Below, piece by piece: positions 48,607-59,357 of a DNA stretch of 64,000 nt (the first letter of the stretch is position 1; the number at the start of each line of letters is the position of its first letter). This DNA is from Dehalococcoidia bacterium (GTDB lineage: Bacteria; Chloroflexota; Dehalococcoidia; UBA2979). The notes under the pieces were generated by a model. The model was not told the DNA's origin. It worked only from the letters and a program-made list of their open reading frames with translations, and ran no database searches. The position numbers and the translations under genes were made by a program. Where the stretch lies: positions 3,104,001-3,168,000 of the forward strand of contig OZ253555.1 of assembly GCA_965262725.1 (NCBI GenBank), in the 5' to 3' direction.

Positions 48607-50273
48607 CAGAACTCGCCGATCTCGCGGTAGCGCAGCCGGGAGATCAGGAGCGCGCTCGCCACCGCTACGAGCATCAGGATGGTCGAGAGCGCCAGCGCCC
48701 GGCCGAGCCCGCCGGGGCGCCCGAGCGCATCGAAGACGGCGATCGGGAGAGTGGCAAACTCGCGCCGGCGCAGGACCGAGGTCGCGCCGAACTCGCCAAG
48801 CGAGACGGCGAACGCGAAGACAGAGCCGGCAAGCACGCCGCGTGCCATCAGCGGCAGCTCGACGTGCCGCCACGCGCGCGCCGGACCGGCGCCGAGCAGC
48901 CGCGCCGCCTCCACGAGGCGCGGGTCCAGCGCGCGGCGCACGGCGAGCGTCGCGCGCAGCACGAAGGGATAGGCGATGAGCGTGTGGGCGAAGAGGACGA
49001 GCCATGCGGATCCGCGCAGATCGTACCAGCCGCGATCGAAGGTGGTGAGGTAGCCGAAGCCGAGCACTACGGCGGGAACCGCGAGCGGCAGCATGAGCAC
49101 TGCGTCCAAGAGCACGCCCCGCCGGCCCGGCGCCTTCGCAACCGCGGTCGCGGCCGTCACGCCCAGCGCGATGGCCAGCGCCGTCGCGCCGGCGGCGAAG
49201 GAGAGGCTCCAGCGCACCGCGTCAAGTGGCGCGATGAAAGAGACGCGGCTCGTCTCCTCAAAGAGCCGCCCGAAGTGCGCAAGCGACGGACCGCCCACGT
49301 CGACGGTGAGCGCGCCCCACGCGAGCGCCGCGAGCGGCGCCCCGAGGAAGAGCGCCAGCAGCAGCCCCTCTGCGACCGCGAGCGAGCGCGTGCGCCATGA
49401 GAGGGCGGAGAGCGCGAGCGCCCGGTCGGGACGCTGCACGTGGCGAGCGGCGACGCGGCGCTGCAACCAGGCGTAGGCGCTGAGCGTGCCGAGGGTCGCG
49501 CCGATCTGCACGAGCGAGAGGATCGCCGCCGCGGGGAGATCCACAAGACGCACGGCGAGGCGGAAGATCGTGACCTCGAGTGTGTCGAGCCCGGGGCCTC
49601 CGAGCACCAGGACCACGCCGAACGAGGTGAACGTGAAGAGAAAGACCAAGGTCGCCGCGGCCGCGATCGCCGGCCCGAGCGCCGGGAGCGTGACGTGGCG
49701 CAGCGCGCCGAGCGGCCCGGCGCCGAGCAGCCGCGCCGCCTCCTCGGGGCCGGGGTCGAGGTTCGCCCAGACGCCGCTCACCAGCCGGATCACGATCGCC
49801 ACGTTGAAGAAGGCGTGCGCCGCCAGGATCGCCCACAGCGTTCCGCGCGGGTCGAGCCGGGGGAGGCCAGCGAGGGCGAGCCCATCGGAGAGCCAGCCCT
49901 CCGGCCCGGCCAGCTGCAGGAATGCCACCGCGACGACAAGCGTCGGCAGCACGAACGGGACGGTGACGAGGGCGAGCGCCAGGGCGCGACCGGGAAAGCG
50001 GACGAGGGCGACGAGCGCTGCCCCGGGGAGGCCGACGGCGAGAGCGAGCATGGTCGAGGCCGCCGCCTGCCCGGTAGTGAAGCCGAGCCGCTCCCAGTAA
50101 TAGCGATCGCCGGCAACGGAGAGGATCGCCTCCCATGAGGGCGCGCCGTCGGGCGCGATGCCCCGCCACAGCACGGCCGCGAGCGGCCACGCGATCAGCA
50201 TCGAAAGCACGACCGCGGCGGGTAGCCCCGCGCGCCATGCACCGCCCCCGAGGCGGGTGGGGCCGGCCCTCAC
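48606..50273 (-). CDS. thiP: ABC transporter permease (ThiP-like)
   Basis: Duplicated EAA loops (EEAARLLGA, VEAARLLGA), AHAFFN, SLGEFGA. Confidence 0.85.
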   Translation of the reverse strand: MRAGPTRLGGGAWRAGLPAAVVLSMLIAWPLAAVLWRGIAPDGAPSWEAILSVAGDRYYWERLGFTTGQAAASTMLALAVGLPGAALVALVRFPGRALALALVTVPFVLPTLVVAVAFLQLAGPEGWLSDGLALAGLPRLDPRGTLWAILAAHAFFNVAIVIRLVSGVWANLDPGPEEAARLLGAGPLGALRHVTLPALGPAIAAAATLVFLFTFTSFGVVLVLGGPGLDTLEVTIFRLAVRLVDLPAAAILSLVQIGATLGTLSAYAWLQRRVAARHVQRPDRALALSALSWRTRSLAVAEGLLLALFLGAPLAALAWGALTVDVGGPSLAHFGRLFEETSRVSFIAPLDAVRWSLSFAAGATALAIALGVTAATAVAKAPGRRGVLLDAVLMLPLAVPAVVLGFGYLTTFDRGWYDLRGSAWLVLFAHTLIAYPFVLRATLAVRRALDPRLVEAARLLGAGPARAWRHVELPLMARGVLAGSVFAFAVSLGEFGATSVLRRREFATLPIAVFDALGRPGGLGRALALSTILMLVAVASALLISRLRYREIGEF

Positions 50274-51301
50274 CGGAGCATGATCTCCGTCCACTCGCTG
50301 ACCCAGCGGTCGATCTCCTCGGCGGAGGCGTTCAGCACGACGCTCTCCGCGTCCACCTCCGCCCAGCGCCACCACTCGGGGGTGGAGACGCCGGGGATCG
50401 CGGGGTAGACGAACATCGTGCCCGGGATCTGCGCCTGGAAGGCGTCGGAGAGCATGAAGTCGATGAAGGCGCCGGCCAGCTCGCGCTCCTCCGCGCCCGC
50501 GAGCACGCCGGCCGCCTCCACCTGCCGCAGGAGCGGCCACGCCGCGAGCGTCTGGGTCGGCGGCTCGTCGAGCTCGCCAAAGAAGACCTCAGCGGCCGGG
50601 CTCGACGTGTAGGAGACGACGAGCGGGCTCTGGCCGCCGTTGCGGGTGAACTCCGTGTAGTAGGCGGCCGTCCAGCCGTCGGTGACCCGCACGTCGTTCT
50701 CACGGAGCGCCCCCCAGAACTCCTGCCAGTCCCCTTCGCCCAGAAGGGCGACCGTCAGCGCCAGGAACTGCAGGCCCGGAGACGAGGTCGCCGGATCCTG
50801 GACGACGAGGGCGCCGCGCCAGCGCGGGTCGGCGAGATCCTCGAGGCTCGCCGGTAGCTCCTCGAGCCCGGCTTCGCGGTCGACGTTGATGTCGACGAAG
50901 CCGTAGTCGATGGGCGTCAGCTCGAGCGTGCCTCCCACCGCCTCCAAGAACTCGGCCGGCAGGTCACCGCGCCGCTCGGCCTCGTACGGCTCGAACACGC
51001 CGACCGCGAGCGCGCGGTGGTAGGAGAGGTTGTCGACGCCGAAGAGGAGGTCCGCCTCCGGGTTCCCCGCGTTGAGGATGGCGCGCGAGACGATTTCGTT
51101 CGCGTCGCCGCCGCCGATCAGCGTGACCCTGGCGTTGTGCTCCTCCTCGAAGCGCGCGAGCAGCTCCTCCTCCATGTCGAAGGAGTCGTGCGTGAGGACC
51201 GTGAGTTCCCTGGGCTCGTCGTCGCCGCAGGCCGCGGCGCCCAGCAGCAGCACGCCGGCGAGCATCGCGATCGCCGGCACCATCCGGTTTAGGCCAAACA
51301 T
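50270..51301 (-). CDS. thiB: Thiamine ABC transporter substrate-binding lipoprotein
   Basis: Lipobox AAAC, THDSF, GVDN, DPATSSPGL.F, VVSY.SSP; downstream of a TPP riboswitch. Confidence 0.9.
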   Translation of the reverse strand: MFGLNRMVPAIAMLAGVLLLGAAACGDDEPRELTVLTHDSFDMEEELLARFEEEHNARVTLIGGGDANEIVSRAILNAGNPEADLLFGVDNLSYHRALAVGVFEPYEAERRGDLPAEFLEAVGGTLELTPIDYGFVDINVDREAGLEELPASLEDLADPRWRGALVVQDPATSSPGLQFLALTVALLGEGDWQEFWGALRENDVRVTDGWTAAYYTEFTRNGGQSPLVVSYTSSPAAEVFFGELDEPPTQTLAAWPLLRQVEAAGVLAGAEERELAGAFIDFMLSDAFQAQIPGTMFVYPAIPGVSTPEWWRWAEVDAESVVLNASAEEIDRWVSEWTEIMLR

Positions 51302-51432
51302 CGGCGCCCCCCGTCCGCGCGACCGCCGGGGTAGGGGCTCTTGAAGCAAGGGGCCGACGCGAGACGCATCGCCACCCGCGACGCCAGCGCTCGACGCTCC
51401 GCTCTGCCGTGAGAGAGGGGGCCGGGGCCGAC

Positions 51433-51523
51433 GACCGCATCCCTACGCACGTATCAACGTGATCAGGTTCAAGGGGTTGACGGCTCCTGGCCGCCTCTCA
51501 GCCCGCAGGCACCCCCAGCGGTC
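51433..51523 (-). promoter_or_regulatory. TPP riboswitch
   Basis: Minus strand reads gaccgc.GGGGGTGC..GCTGAGA..ACCCCTTGAACCTGATC..GTTGATAC..CGTAGGGA.gcggtc, with P1 closure, upstream of thiB. Confidence 0.93.
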
Positions 51524-51612
51524 ATCCTGATTCACCGGGATCGTGACAGACAGGGCCGCGGGCGGTCAAGGCTGGGCGGCGCCTCGGTCGGACACGTGGT
51601 GGGGCCGATGCC

Positions 51613-52929
51613 TCAGTCCAGCTCCCTCATCCGCGGCACGAACGCGATCACCACCGCTGAGGTCACCACCAGCGCCAGTGACACCCCGGCCATCACCCTC
51701 TGCACCCCGAACCACTCCGCGAGGACGCCGATGAAGAACGCGCCGATGAAGAGCAGGGAGAACTGCGTCATGTAGATGGAGAGGACGCGACCCCGGTAAC
51801 GCTCCTCCACGTACGCCTGCACCAGCACATTCGAGAGCGAGAGCCGCACGGCCGTGCCGACGCCGACCACGATCAGGATCAGGGAGGAGAGCCAGAAGAC
51901 GCTCGAGACGGCGAAGAAGAAGAGCGAGACGCCGGTGAGGAGCGAACTCGCCATCAGCAGGAGGCCGCGGTGGCGGTCGGGGAGGGAGGCGACGGCGAGC
52001 GAGCCACCCAGCGACCCGATGCCCGTGATCGAGAGGAGGAACCCGAGGGAGCCGGCGCCGCCCCCGAACACGGTCTCCACGAAGCCGGGCAGGATGATGA
52101 TGTAGGGCATCGCCAGCACGACGGTCACGAGGTTCACCGCGAGCAGCGTGCGGATCGTCGGTTCGCCGGCGATATAGCGCAACGCGTCGAGCGCGTCCCC
52201 CGTGGCGGAGCGGGCGCGGCCGGCGCCCCCGTGCCCCGCAGGGTGGGTCAGGCGGGTCGGGATAGGCATGATCCCGAGAATCGCGACGAGGTAGAGAGCG
52301 GCTGTCACGCCATAGCCCCAGTCGGCTCCGGCCCACGCCGTCAGCGCCCCGCCGGCGGCGGGCGCGAAGAGCCGCATCGACTGCATGCCGGCGCTGTTCA
52401 GCGCGATCGCGTTGGTGAGTCGGCCCGCCGGGATGATATCGGGGATCATCGACTGCCGGGCCGGCATCATCAGGGACATCACCACGCCCTGCACGGCGGC
52501 GCTCGCGATCAGATGCTCGACGCGCAGCCAGCCGCCGGCCACGATCGCGGCGAGCACGACCGCGTTCGCGACGTTTACCACCTGCCCCGCCTGCACGATG
52601 TGCTTGCGCGGCAGCCGGTCGGCGAGGATCCCGCCGGGGAGCGAGAGCGCGAGCATCGGCACGGCCTGCGCGAGCGACATCAACCCCAGCGCGGCGAAGG
52701 AGCCGGTGAGCTGGAAGATCAGGTAGCCGCGCAGCAGCTGCTGGAGTTGCATCGCGCCGGACTGGCCCATCTGCCCGAGGAAGAACCAGCGGAAGGCCGG
52801 CTCGCTAAGCGAGGCGAACGTCGTGCGAGCGAGCCGCCCCCCTCCGCCAGCAGCCGCGGGCCGCCCGAGGGCGAGGGGCGCCCCGGCGGCTTCGATGGCC
52901 GGCACCGCGCCCGGCCCGCCGACGGTCAC
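51613..52929 (-). CDS. MFS transporter
   Basis: GGILADRLPRK motif A, about 12 hydrophobic helices, RGRV.S. Confidence 0.9.
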   Translation of the reverse strand: MTVGGPGAVPAIEAAGAPLALGRPAAAGGGGRLARTTFASLSEPAFRWFFLGQMGQSGAMQLQQLLRGYLIFQLTGSFAALGLMSLAQAVPMLALSLPGGILADRLPRKHIVQAGQVVNVANAVVLAAIVAGGWLRVEHLIASAAVQGVVMSLMMPARQSMIPDIIPAGRLTNAIALNSAGMQSMRLFAPAAGGALTAWAGADWGYGVTAALYLVAILGIMPIPTRLTHPAGHGGAGRARSATGDALDALRYIAGEPTIRTLLAVNLVTVVLAMPYIIILPGFVETVFGGGAGSLGFLLSITGIGSLGGSLAVASLPDRHRGLLLMASSLLTGVSLFFFAVSSVFWLSSLILIVVGVGTAVRLSLSNVLVQAYVEERYRGRVLSIYMTQFSLLFIGAFFIGVLAEWFGVQRVMAGVSLALVVTSAVVIAFVPRMRELD

Positions 52930-53063
52930 GGGCGTCGGAGCACGAGGCGGCGGCGGGACGGACGACGGGAGCCGGGACGGTCGAGCGCGATGTCGGGGAG
53001 GATCGTGTCCACGATGCGGCTATCGTGCCACGGACGGGCCCGCCGCGCGCGCGGGCGGCACGC

Positions 53064-54695
53064 TCATCCCCCGACGGCCGGCAGCGCCTCCGCCACGAGC
53101 GATGCGAGCGCGCCCGGCGCGCCGGTGCCGTCGAGTACGAGCCGCGGCCCCTCGTCCGCGCCGAAGGGCTCGAAGCGCTCGCGTTGGAGCCGGTAGACCA
53201 CCTCGTCGGCATCGGAGACGCGCAGCGGATCCGAACGCCGTGCTGCGATGCGACCGAGCGCCGCCTCCTCCGGCAGGCGCAGCTCCACGGTGAGAGTGGG
53301 CACATCCGCCTCCTTCGCCACGCGCCGGGCCGCGGCGCGGTGCCGAGCGGAGGCATGCGTCGCGTCGATCACCACCGCGCGGCCCGAGCGCAGGTGTGCC
53401 GCTGCGCCGCGGCGCAGCTCCCCGTAGGTCCGCTCGGTCATCTCCCGGCCGTAGAGCCCGGAGCCTGCGCGAACCCGCCGGCGCGCATCGAGGGCGGCCA
53501 GCTCCTTGCGGGTCGCATCCGAGGAGAGGTAGGCGCAGCCGAGGCGACCGGCGACGGTGCCCGCGAGCACCGACTTGCCGCTCCCCGGCAGGCCGCAGAC
53601 GAGCACGAGCGCCGGCTTCGCGCGGCGGCGGGCGTACTCCGCCGCGAGCGCGAAGTAGCGCGCGGCCGAGGCCCGGAGGCGCGCGCGGGCGACGGGGGGG
53701 ATCTCCTCCGCGCGCGCTCCCAGCGACTCCACCTTCCCCCGGACGAACGCTCGTTGGCAGCGATGGAGCGGCTGCAGCACGCCGAGCGCCTCGTCTCGGG
53801 AGCCGACGATGTAGTGCCCCACCAGCTCGTCCCCGAGCGCGCCGTGGCCGAGCGATTCAAGATCCATCGCGGGGAAAGCCAGATCGTATCCGACGTCGAG
53901 ATAGCGGAATCGATAGTTCTCGCTGAACTCGATGCCGTCGACGGCGAGCACACGCGTGTTCCCGTCGTCCCCGGCAGGGAGGAGGTAGATATGCCGCGCC
54001 TGGAGGTCGCCGTGCCCCTCGACCACCCGCCCGGAGTCGGCCCGCTCGTCGAAGAGAGCCGCCTCCCGCTGAAGCGCCTCGGCAATGAAGTCCATCGTCT
54101 CCGACGCGTCGGCCGGATCCCATGTCCCCCCGATGTTTGCGCGCGCCTCGTCCCGTTCGCGCTCCCACCAGTTCCGCTCGGCGCGGGCGCCGGCGAAGTC
54201 CGCGCCCCCCGGCGCGCGCGCGGCGGCCTCGTGGAAGCGGAGGAGCGTCCCAGCCAGGAGCTTCGCGACACCGGGGTCGGCGGCAGGCGCACCCAAGAGC
54301 TGGTCCAGCGTGCGCTCGGCCGGGAGTCGCCGCATCTTCACCGCCCACTCGACGACAGGGACGGCCCCTGGCCGGACGGTGAGACCGTGCGCCCCCGGGT
54401 CGACGACGTGCCGACCCCCCGCGAGCCGCACGATCGGGACGACGCCCAGGTAGACCCCGGGGGCGAGCCGCTCGTTGATGCGCACCTCCTCGTGGCAAAA
54501 ATGTTCGCGGCGCTCGAGCGAGAGCTGCTCGATGAAGCTGAAGTCGACCGGCTTCTTCGCCTTGTAGACGAACTCCCCGGCGAGGAAGACGTAGGAGATG
54601 TGCGTCTGGACGAGTTCGACCGCGGTGGGGCGGGCGGCGTAGGCGCGGGGCTCTGTGAGGTCGCGCACCCACGCCGGGAGGGGAGTCTCGCTCAT
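53064..54695 (-). CDS. Aminoglycoside-phosphotransferase-like / P-loop kinase fusion protein
   Basis: QTHIS.VFL, K.KKPV, EGHGDL, D.IEF and C-terminal CGLPGSGKS, SSD..RK, DAT, SDA. Confidence 0.88.
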   Translation of the reverse strand: MSETPLPAWVRDLTEPRAYAARPTAVELVQTHISYVFLAGEFVYKAKKPVDFSFIEQLSLERREHFCHEEVRINERLAPGVYLGVVPIVRLAGGRHVVDPGAHGLTVRPGAVPVVEWAVKMRRLPAERTLDQLLGAPAADPGVAKLLAGTLLRFHEAAARAPGGADFAGARAERNWWERERDEARANIGGTWDPADASETMDFIAEALQREAALFDERADSGRVVEGHGDLQARHIYLLPAGDDGNTRVLAVDGIEFSENYRFRYLDVGYDLAFPAMDLESLGHGALGDELVGHYIVGSRDEALGVLQPLHRCQRAFVRGKVESLGARAEEIPPVARARLRASAARYFALAAEYARRRAKPALVLVCGLPGSGKSVLAGTVAGRLGCAYLSSDATRKELAALDARRRVRAGSGLYGREMTERTYGELRRGAAAHLRSGRAVVIDATHASARHRAAARRVAKEADVPTLTVELRLPEEAALGRIAARRSDPLRVSDADEVVYRLQRERFEPFGADEGPRLVLDGTGAPGALASLVAEALPAVGG

Positions 54696-54888
54696 GCCGG
54701 GACCGTAGGGAGAGCGCTCACCGGCCGTCAATCGGGGATGGAGGGGTCGACGCCCACCCGGCGCCCGAACGCGCCCGGCAGCGCCGTCGCCGCACCGCCT
54801 GAGAGGGGCTAGAGTGGCCGCCGGCCCGGCGGCTGAAGTCGACCCGGCCTCATCCGGCCCCGAGGGGGCGCGGGCATCAGGGACCGCG

Positions 54889-55824
54889 ATGCAGCCGACA
54901 CAGCACTTCTTCCAGTCGCAGCGGCTCCGTCTCTCCTACTGGTCGTGGGGAGCGGTCGCCGACCCCGGAGACGAGTCGCAGCCTCCGCTCGTGCTGGTGC
55001 ACGGCGGGCGCGACCACGCGCGCTCGTGGGACGGGGTGGCTGAGGCCTTCCGGGCGGACTACCACGTCGCGGGCTACGACCTCCGCGGCCACGGCGACTC
55101 GCAGTGGGCCACAGGGAGCCACTACAGCGTCAGCGACCACCTGCTCGACCTCATCGCCTTCGTCGACGTGCTCGGCGGACGCGCCTCGGTCATCGGCCAC
55201 TCCTTCGGCGGCCTCCTCGTTACGCTCGCCGCCGGCCTCTTCCCCGAGCGCTTCGAGCGCGTCGTCGCGATCGAGGGTAGCGGGGCGCGCATCCACCGCC
55301 GGCGCGACGCGACGCCGGACGCGCTCCGCGAGTGGGTCGAGCGCACCCGCGGCTACGAGCGCCGGATGCCGCGCGTCTACACCTCGGTGGAGGCCGCGGC
55401 GGAGCGGATGCGCCAGGTCAACCCCCGCCTCCTGCGCGAGCTCTCGCTGCATCTTGCGCGTCACGCCACGCGCTCCGCGGGGGATCCCGGCGACGCCGGG
55501 CACCCCTCGGGGAGCGGCTACGTCTGGAAGTTCGACAACTGGGTCGACGCGCGGCCCCCGGTCGAGCTGAGGCCGGAGGAGGCGGAAGCGATCTGGGCGG
55601 AGGTACGCGTCCCCGTGCTGCTCCTGATCGGCGCCGAGTCCCATCAGCGCGGGCACCAGGACCCCGAGGACGCCGCCTTCTTCGCCGACGGGCGAGCCCT
55701 CGAGATCGAGCGAGCGGGGCACTGGCCGCACCACGACCGGCCCGCGCTCGTCGTCGACCTGGTGCGACGCTTCCTTAGAGGAGAGGAGCCGACGCTCCCC
55801 CCGGAGTCCGGCCCCGCCCCCTGA
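54889..55824 (+). CDS. Alpha/beta-fold hydrolase
   Basis: LVHGGRDHARSWD, DLRGHGDS, GHSFGG, AGHWPHHD. Confidence 0.9.
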   Translation: MQPTQHFFQSQRLRLSYWSWGAVADPGDESQPPLVLVHGGRDHARSWDGVAEAFRADYHVAGYDLRGHGDSQWATGSHYSVSDHLLDLIAFVDVLGGRASVIGHSFGGLLVTLAAGLFPERFERVVAIEGSGARIHRRRDATPDALREWVERTRGYERRMPRVYTSVEAAAERMRQVNPRLLRELSLHLARHATRSAGDPGDAGHPSGSGYVWKFDNWVDARPPVELRPEEAEAIWAEVRVPVLLLIGAESHQRGHQDPEDAAFFADGRALEIERAGHWPHHDRPALVVDLVRRFLRGEEPTLPPESGPAP

Positions 55825-55865
55825 GCGAGGCTCCGTCGGGCGCCGGGGACCCGCGTGCTACACTC

Positions 55866-55976
55866 GCATCCGTCACGGCGCAGAGCCCGGGGAAGCCGGT
55901 GGGAGTCCGGCGCTGTCCCGCAACTGTGAGCCGCAATCTCCGTCGGAGATCGCGGCGAGCCAGAGCACCGGCCTGT
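55866..55976 (+). promoter_or_regulatory. Cobalamin riboswitch
   Basis: GGGAAGCCGGTG.GAGTCCGGCGCTGTCCCGCAACTGTGA ... GAGCCAGA B12-box core upstream of btuCD-like genes; ends approximate. Confidence 0.9.
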
Positions 55977-56142
55977 GATCGTTATGTCGGCCTGCGAGGA
56001 CAGGCGACGGCTGGCTGTGAGCGTAGCTGCACCCTCGTCCTCGTCGCAATTTGCTGCGTGCCGCGGAGGAGCGCCCCCGCTGGCGAGCGAGGCGTGGGAG
56101 ATGCGGCGTGTCCCACAGCACCCCGACCGGAGGTCGTCGCCC

Positions 56143-57231
56143 GTGACGGTGCGCGGCCGCCTCCACAGGTTCGGACCGGCCGGGAATCCGGGGGCGCGGC
56201 GGTACGGCTCGATCCCTCCGCTGGCGCTCGCCACGGTGCTGCTCGTCCTCGCAGCCGCGGCCGCCCTCACACGCGGCGCCGCCTCGATCCCGCCCGCCAC
56301 CGCCCTCGGCGTGATCATCGAGCGGCTCCCGCTCCTCCCCGTCGAGGTCGACGCGCCGGCGAACTGGGAGCGAATCGTCCTCGACGTGCGCCTGCCGCGC
56401 GTCGCTGCCGCCGGGATCGTCGGCGCAGCGCTCGGCTACGCGGGCGCCTCCTATCAGGGCGTCTTCCGCAACCCTCTGGCGGAGCCGTTCCTGCTCGGCG
56501 TCTCCTCGGGCGCGGCGCTGGGCGCGGCGATCGCGATCCTCTCGCCGCTGCCCGCCGGCTCCTACGGCTTCGGCTGGGTGCCGCTGTTCGCGTTCACCGG
56601 GGCGGCTCTGACGGTGCTCCTGGTGTACCTGCTTGCGCGCGCTGGCGCCGCCGCGAACGACGCCACGCTGATCCTGGCCGGCGTCGCGATCTCGGCGGTC
56701 CTCTCCGCAGCCACGTCGTTCCTGCTTCTGACCGGGGGGGAGCAGGCGCGTCCGATCTTCTCGTTCCTCTTCGGGGGCTTTAACACCGCGAGCTGGGAGC
56801 GAATCGTGATCGCGACGCCCTACATCCTCGCCGGGGCAGCCGTCGTCGCCCTGCACGCAAGGGCGCTGGACGTGCTGCAGCTCGATGACGAGCAGGCGGA
56901 GCAGCTGGGCGTCCACGTCGATCGCGCGCGGCTGACCGTCCTAGGCGCGGGCTCGCTGATGGCGGCGACCGCGGTAGCGATGGCCGGAATCATCGGATTC
57001 GTCGGCCTGATCGTGCCGCACGCGGTGCGGATGCTCGTCGGCACGAGCCATGCGAGCCTTCTGCCGCTGTCGGCCCTCGGGGGTGCGAGCCTCCTCATCG
57101 CGGCCGACCTCGTCGCGCGCACGGCTCTCGCCCCGCAGGAGGTGCCGGTGGGAATCGTGACCGCGGTTGTCGGCGGTCCGTTCTTCCTCTACCTGCTGCG
57201 AGCGCACCGCTCCGGGCTCGGGCCGCGATGA
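56143..57231 (+). CDS. FecCD/BtuC-family permease (probable cobalamin uptake)
   Basis: RLPR, Q.VFRNPLAEP..LGVSSGA, GIIGFVGLIVPH, PVGIVTA..GGPFF. Confidence 0.9.
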   Translation: MTVRGRLHRFGPAGNPGARRYGSIPPLALATVLLVLAAAAALTRGAASIPPATALGVIIERLPLLPVEVDAPANWERIVLDVRLPRVAAAGIVGAALGYAGASYQGVFRNPLAEPFLLGVSSGAALGAAIAILSPLPAGSYGFGWVPLFAFTGAALTVLLVYLLARAGAAANDATLILAGVAISAVLSAATSFLLLTGGEQARPIFSFLFGGFNTASWERIVIATPYILAGAAVVALHARALDVLQLDDEQAEQLGVHVDRARLTVLGAGSLMAATAVAMAGIIGFVGLIVPHAVRMLVGTSHASLLPLSALGGASLLIAADLVARTALAPQEVPVGIVTAVVGGPFFLYLLRAHRSGLGPR

Positions 57232-58073
57232 GCGCCGGAGTCGCCCTGGCGGCGCCTCCGACAGCTACGGCTGGCCTGGCGCCGGCGGCGGTGCTTGAGG
57301 CGCGCGACGTCGTCGTCGAGACCGGCGGAGCGCGGCTGCTCAGCGGTGTCGACGTCGCGCTCGCGTCCGGCGAGCTCGTCGGACTCATCGGCCCCAACGG
57401 CGCCGGCAAGAGCACGCTTGTTCGCGCGCTCACCGGGATCACGCCGCTCGCCGGGGGATGCGTGACGCTCAGAGGACGCCCGCTCGCGACGATCGCCAGG
57501 CGCGAGCGCGCCCGGCAGATCGCGGTTGTAGGGCAGATGCCGGACGCTCCGGCCTCCCTCACCGTCGCCGACCTCGTGCTGCTCGGTCGCTTTCCGCATC
57601 TCGGGTTGCTCGGCCGCGCCGGCGTGCACGACCGCGAGCGGGCGGCCGACGCGATGCGACGCGCCGGCACCCTCCGACTCGCCTCTCGCAAGCTGGGGAC
57701 GCTCTCGGGAGGCGAGCGCCGCCGCGCCTTCATCGCGAGGGCGCTCGCGCAGGAGCCCGAGCTCTTGCTCCTCGACGAGCCGACGGCCCACCTCGACATC
57801 GTCGCGCAGGCAGATCTCTTCGCCGTGTTGCATGAGCTCGTCTCCGGCGGCGCGGGCGTTCTGGTCGTCGTGCACGACCTCACGCTCGCCGCCGCGCACT
57901 GCGAACAGCTGCTACTCCTCGCGCGCGGTCGCGTGGTCGCGCACGGCGCCCCGTGGGAGGTCGTCACCACCGAGAACATCGATCGCGCCTACGGCGCCGG
58001 CGTCGAGGTGATCGCGGACCCGCGCAGCGGGGGCCCGCTCGTCGTTCCGGCCGCCCGCCAGCCCGGGGCGTGA
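57228..58073 (+). CDS. ABC ATP-binding subunit (BtuD/FepC-like)
   Basis: GPNGAGKST, LSGGE, LLLDEPTAHLD, HDL. Confidence 0.9.
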   Translation: MSAGVALAAPPTATAGLAPAAVLEARDVVVETGGARLLSGVDVALASGELVGLIGPNGAGKSTLVRALTGITPLAGGCVTLRGRPLATIARRERARQIAVVGQMPDAPASLTVADLVLLGRFPHLGLLGRAGVHDRERAADAMRRAGTLRLASRKLGTLSGGERRRAFIARALAQEPELLLLDEPTAHLDIVAQADLFAVLHELVSGGAGVLVVVHDLTLAAAHCEQLLLLARGRVVAHGAPWEVVTTENIDRAYGAGVEVIADPRSGGPLVVPAARQPGA

Positions 58074-58240
58074 TTGGCACCTCAACCGACCGCCGCTGCG
58101 GCCGCACGCCGAACGCGCTCCCGGAGAACGCCATCGCCCGATCCCATCGGACGCGGCTGCCACGTTTCCGCACATCGCGCGACCGGCGCATGGTATGGCG
58201 GTAACGCGGAGGCCGAGGGACGCGGGGGAGGGACGACGGG

Positions 58241-59296
58241 ATGCGCTACGGGATTCAGCTCGCCTCGCCCGGCGCGTACGACTCGCCGGCCCTGGCTCGT
58301 GCCGCCGAGGAGGCGGGGCTCGACGACGCCTTCGTCGCGGCGACCGGGTTCTACGTCGCGGTCCCGGGGTTGATAGCCGCCACAGCGCGCATCCGCGTCG
58401 GGACGGGGATCATCCCCCTCTTCCACGGCACGCCGTTCCTGCACGCCGCGACCGCCCTGCAGCTGCAAAAGATGGCGCGTGGCCGTTTCGTGCTGGGCGT
58501 CGGGTCGCAGACCAAGGGGCAGGTCCGCCGCATGGCCGGGACCGAGATCGACCGCCCGGCGATGCGCTCGCGCGACATGATCCGCGCGATCCGCGCGCTG
58601 ATGGCGGGCGAGGTCTACGCGGGCGAGTACTATAGCTCCGACCCGCCCGGCGGCTTCGGCCTCGAGCCAGGCGACGAGCCTCCGCCGCCGATCTACCACT
58701 CCGGCGTCAATCCCCTGAACCTGCGGGTGGCGGGAGAGGTCGCGGACGGGCTGGTCGGCCACCCAATCTTCACGCCCCGCTACCTCGACGAGATCGTGGA
58801 GCCGCAGGTCGCCCTCGGGCTCTCGCGCGCCGGACGCGAGCGCTCTTCCTTCGATCTCTGCGTCGCACCGATGGTGTGGGTGACGGATGCGCGGCACCCG
58901 CGCGAGCAGGGCGAGCGGATCGCGCGCCGCGCCCTCTCCTTCTATTTCTCCACGCGAGCCTACGGGAGCTTCATGACCCTCCACGGCTGGGACCGCGAGC
59001 GGGAGGCGATCCGCGCCATCTGGGAGCGGGCGCAGGCACGCGGCGTGCGTGTCGACCCCACCGAGATGGAGGCGGTGATTCCCGACGCGATGGTCGAGGA
59101 CGGGTGCCTCGTGGGGAGCGCCGCGGAGGTGCGCGACATGCTCCGCGACCGCTTTCAGGGCCGCGCCGACACCGTGCTCCTCTACTCGCTGCACGACTCC
59201 TACCTGCGAGGGCGGGAGGAGGGAGGGGTGAGCGGCGCGAACTTCCGGCGGGCCATCGAGGCCGTCGCGCCGCTCGCAGCGGAGGCGCGGGCCTAG
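58241..59296 (+). CDS. LLM-class (luciferase-like) oxidoreductase
   Basis: AEEAGLD, T.RIRVGTGI, GRFVLGVG, PPIY, AGEVADG. Confidence 0.85.
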   Translation: MRYGIQLASPGAYDSPALARAAEEAGLDDAFVAATGFYVAVPGLIAATARIRVGTGIIPLFHGTPFLHAATALQLQKMARGRFVLGVGSQTKGQVRRMAGTEIDRPAMRSRDMIRAIRALMAGEVYAGEYYSSDPPGGFGLEPGDEPPPPIYHSGVNPLNLRVAGEVADGLVGHPIFTPRYLDEIVEPQVALGLSRAGRERSSFDLCVAPMVWVTDARHPREQGERIARRALSFYFSTRAYGSFMTLHGWDREREAIRAIWERAQARGVRVDPTEMEAVIPDAMVEDGCLVGSAAEVRDMLRDRFQGRADTVLLYSLHDSYLRGREEGGVSGANFRRAIEAVAPLAAEARA

Positions 59297-59357
59297 CCTC
59301 GCGCCGCCCGCACCGGAGCGTTCCCCGTACTATTCGCGGGCAGGGGAGGGAGTCGAG

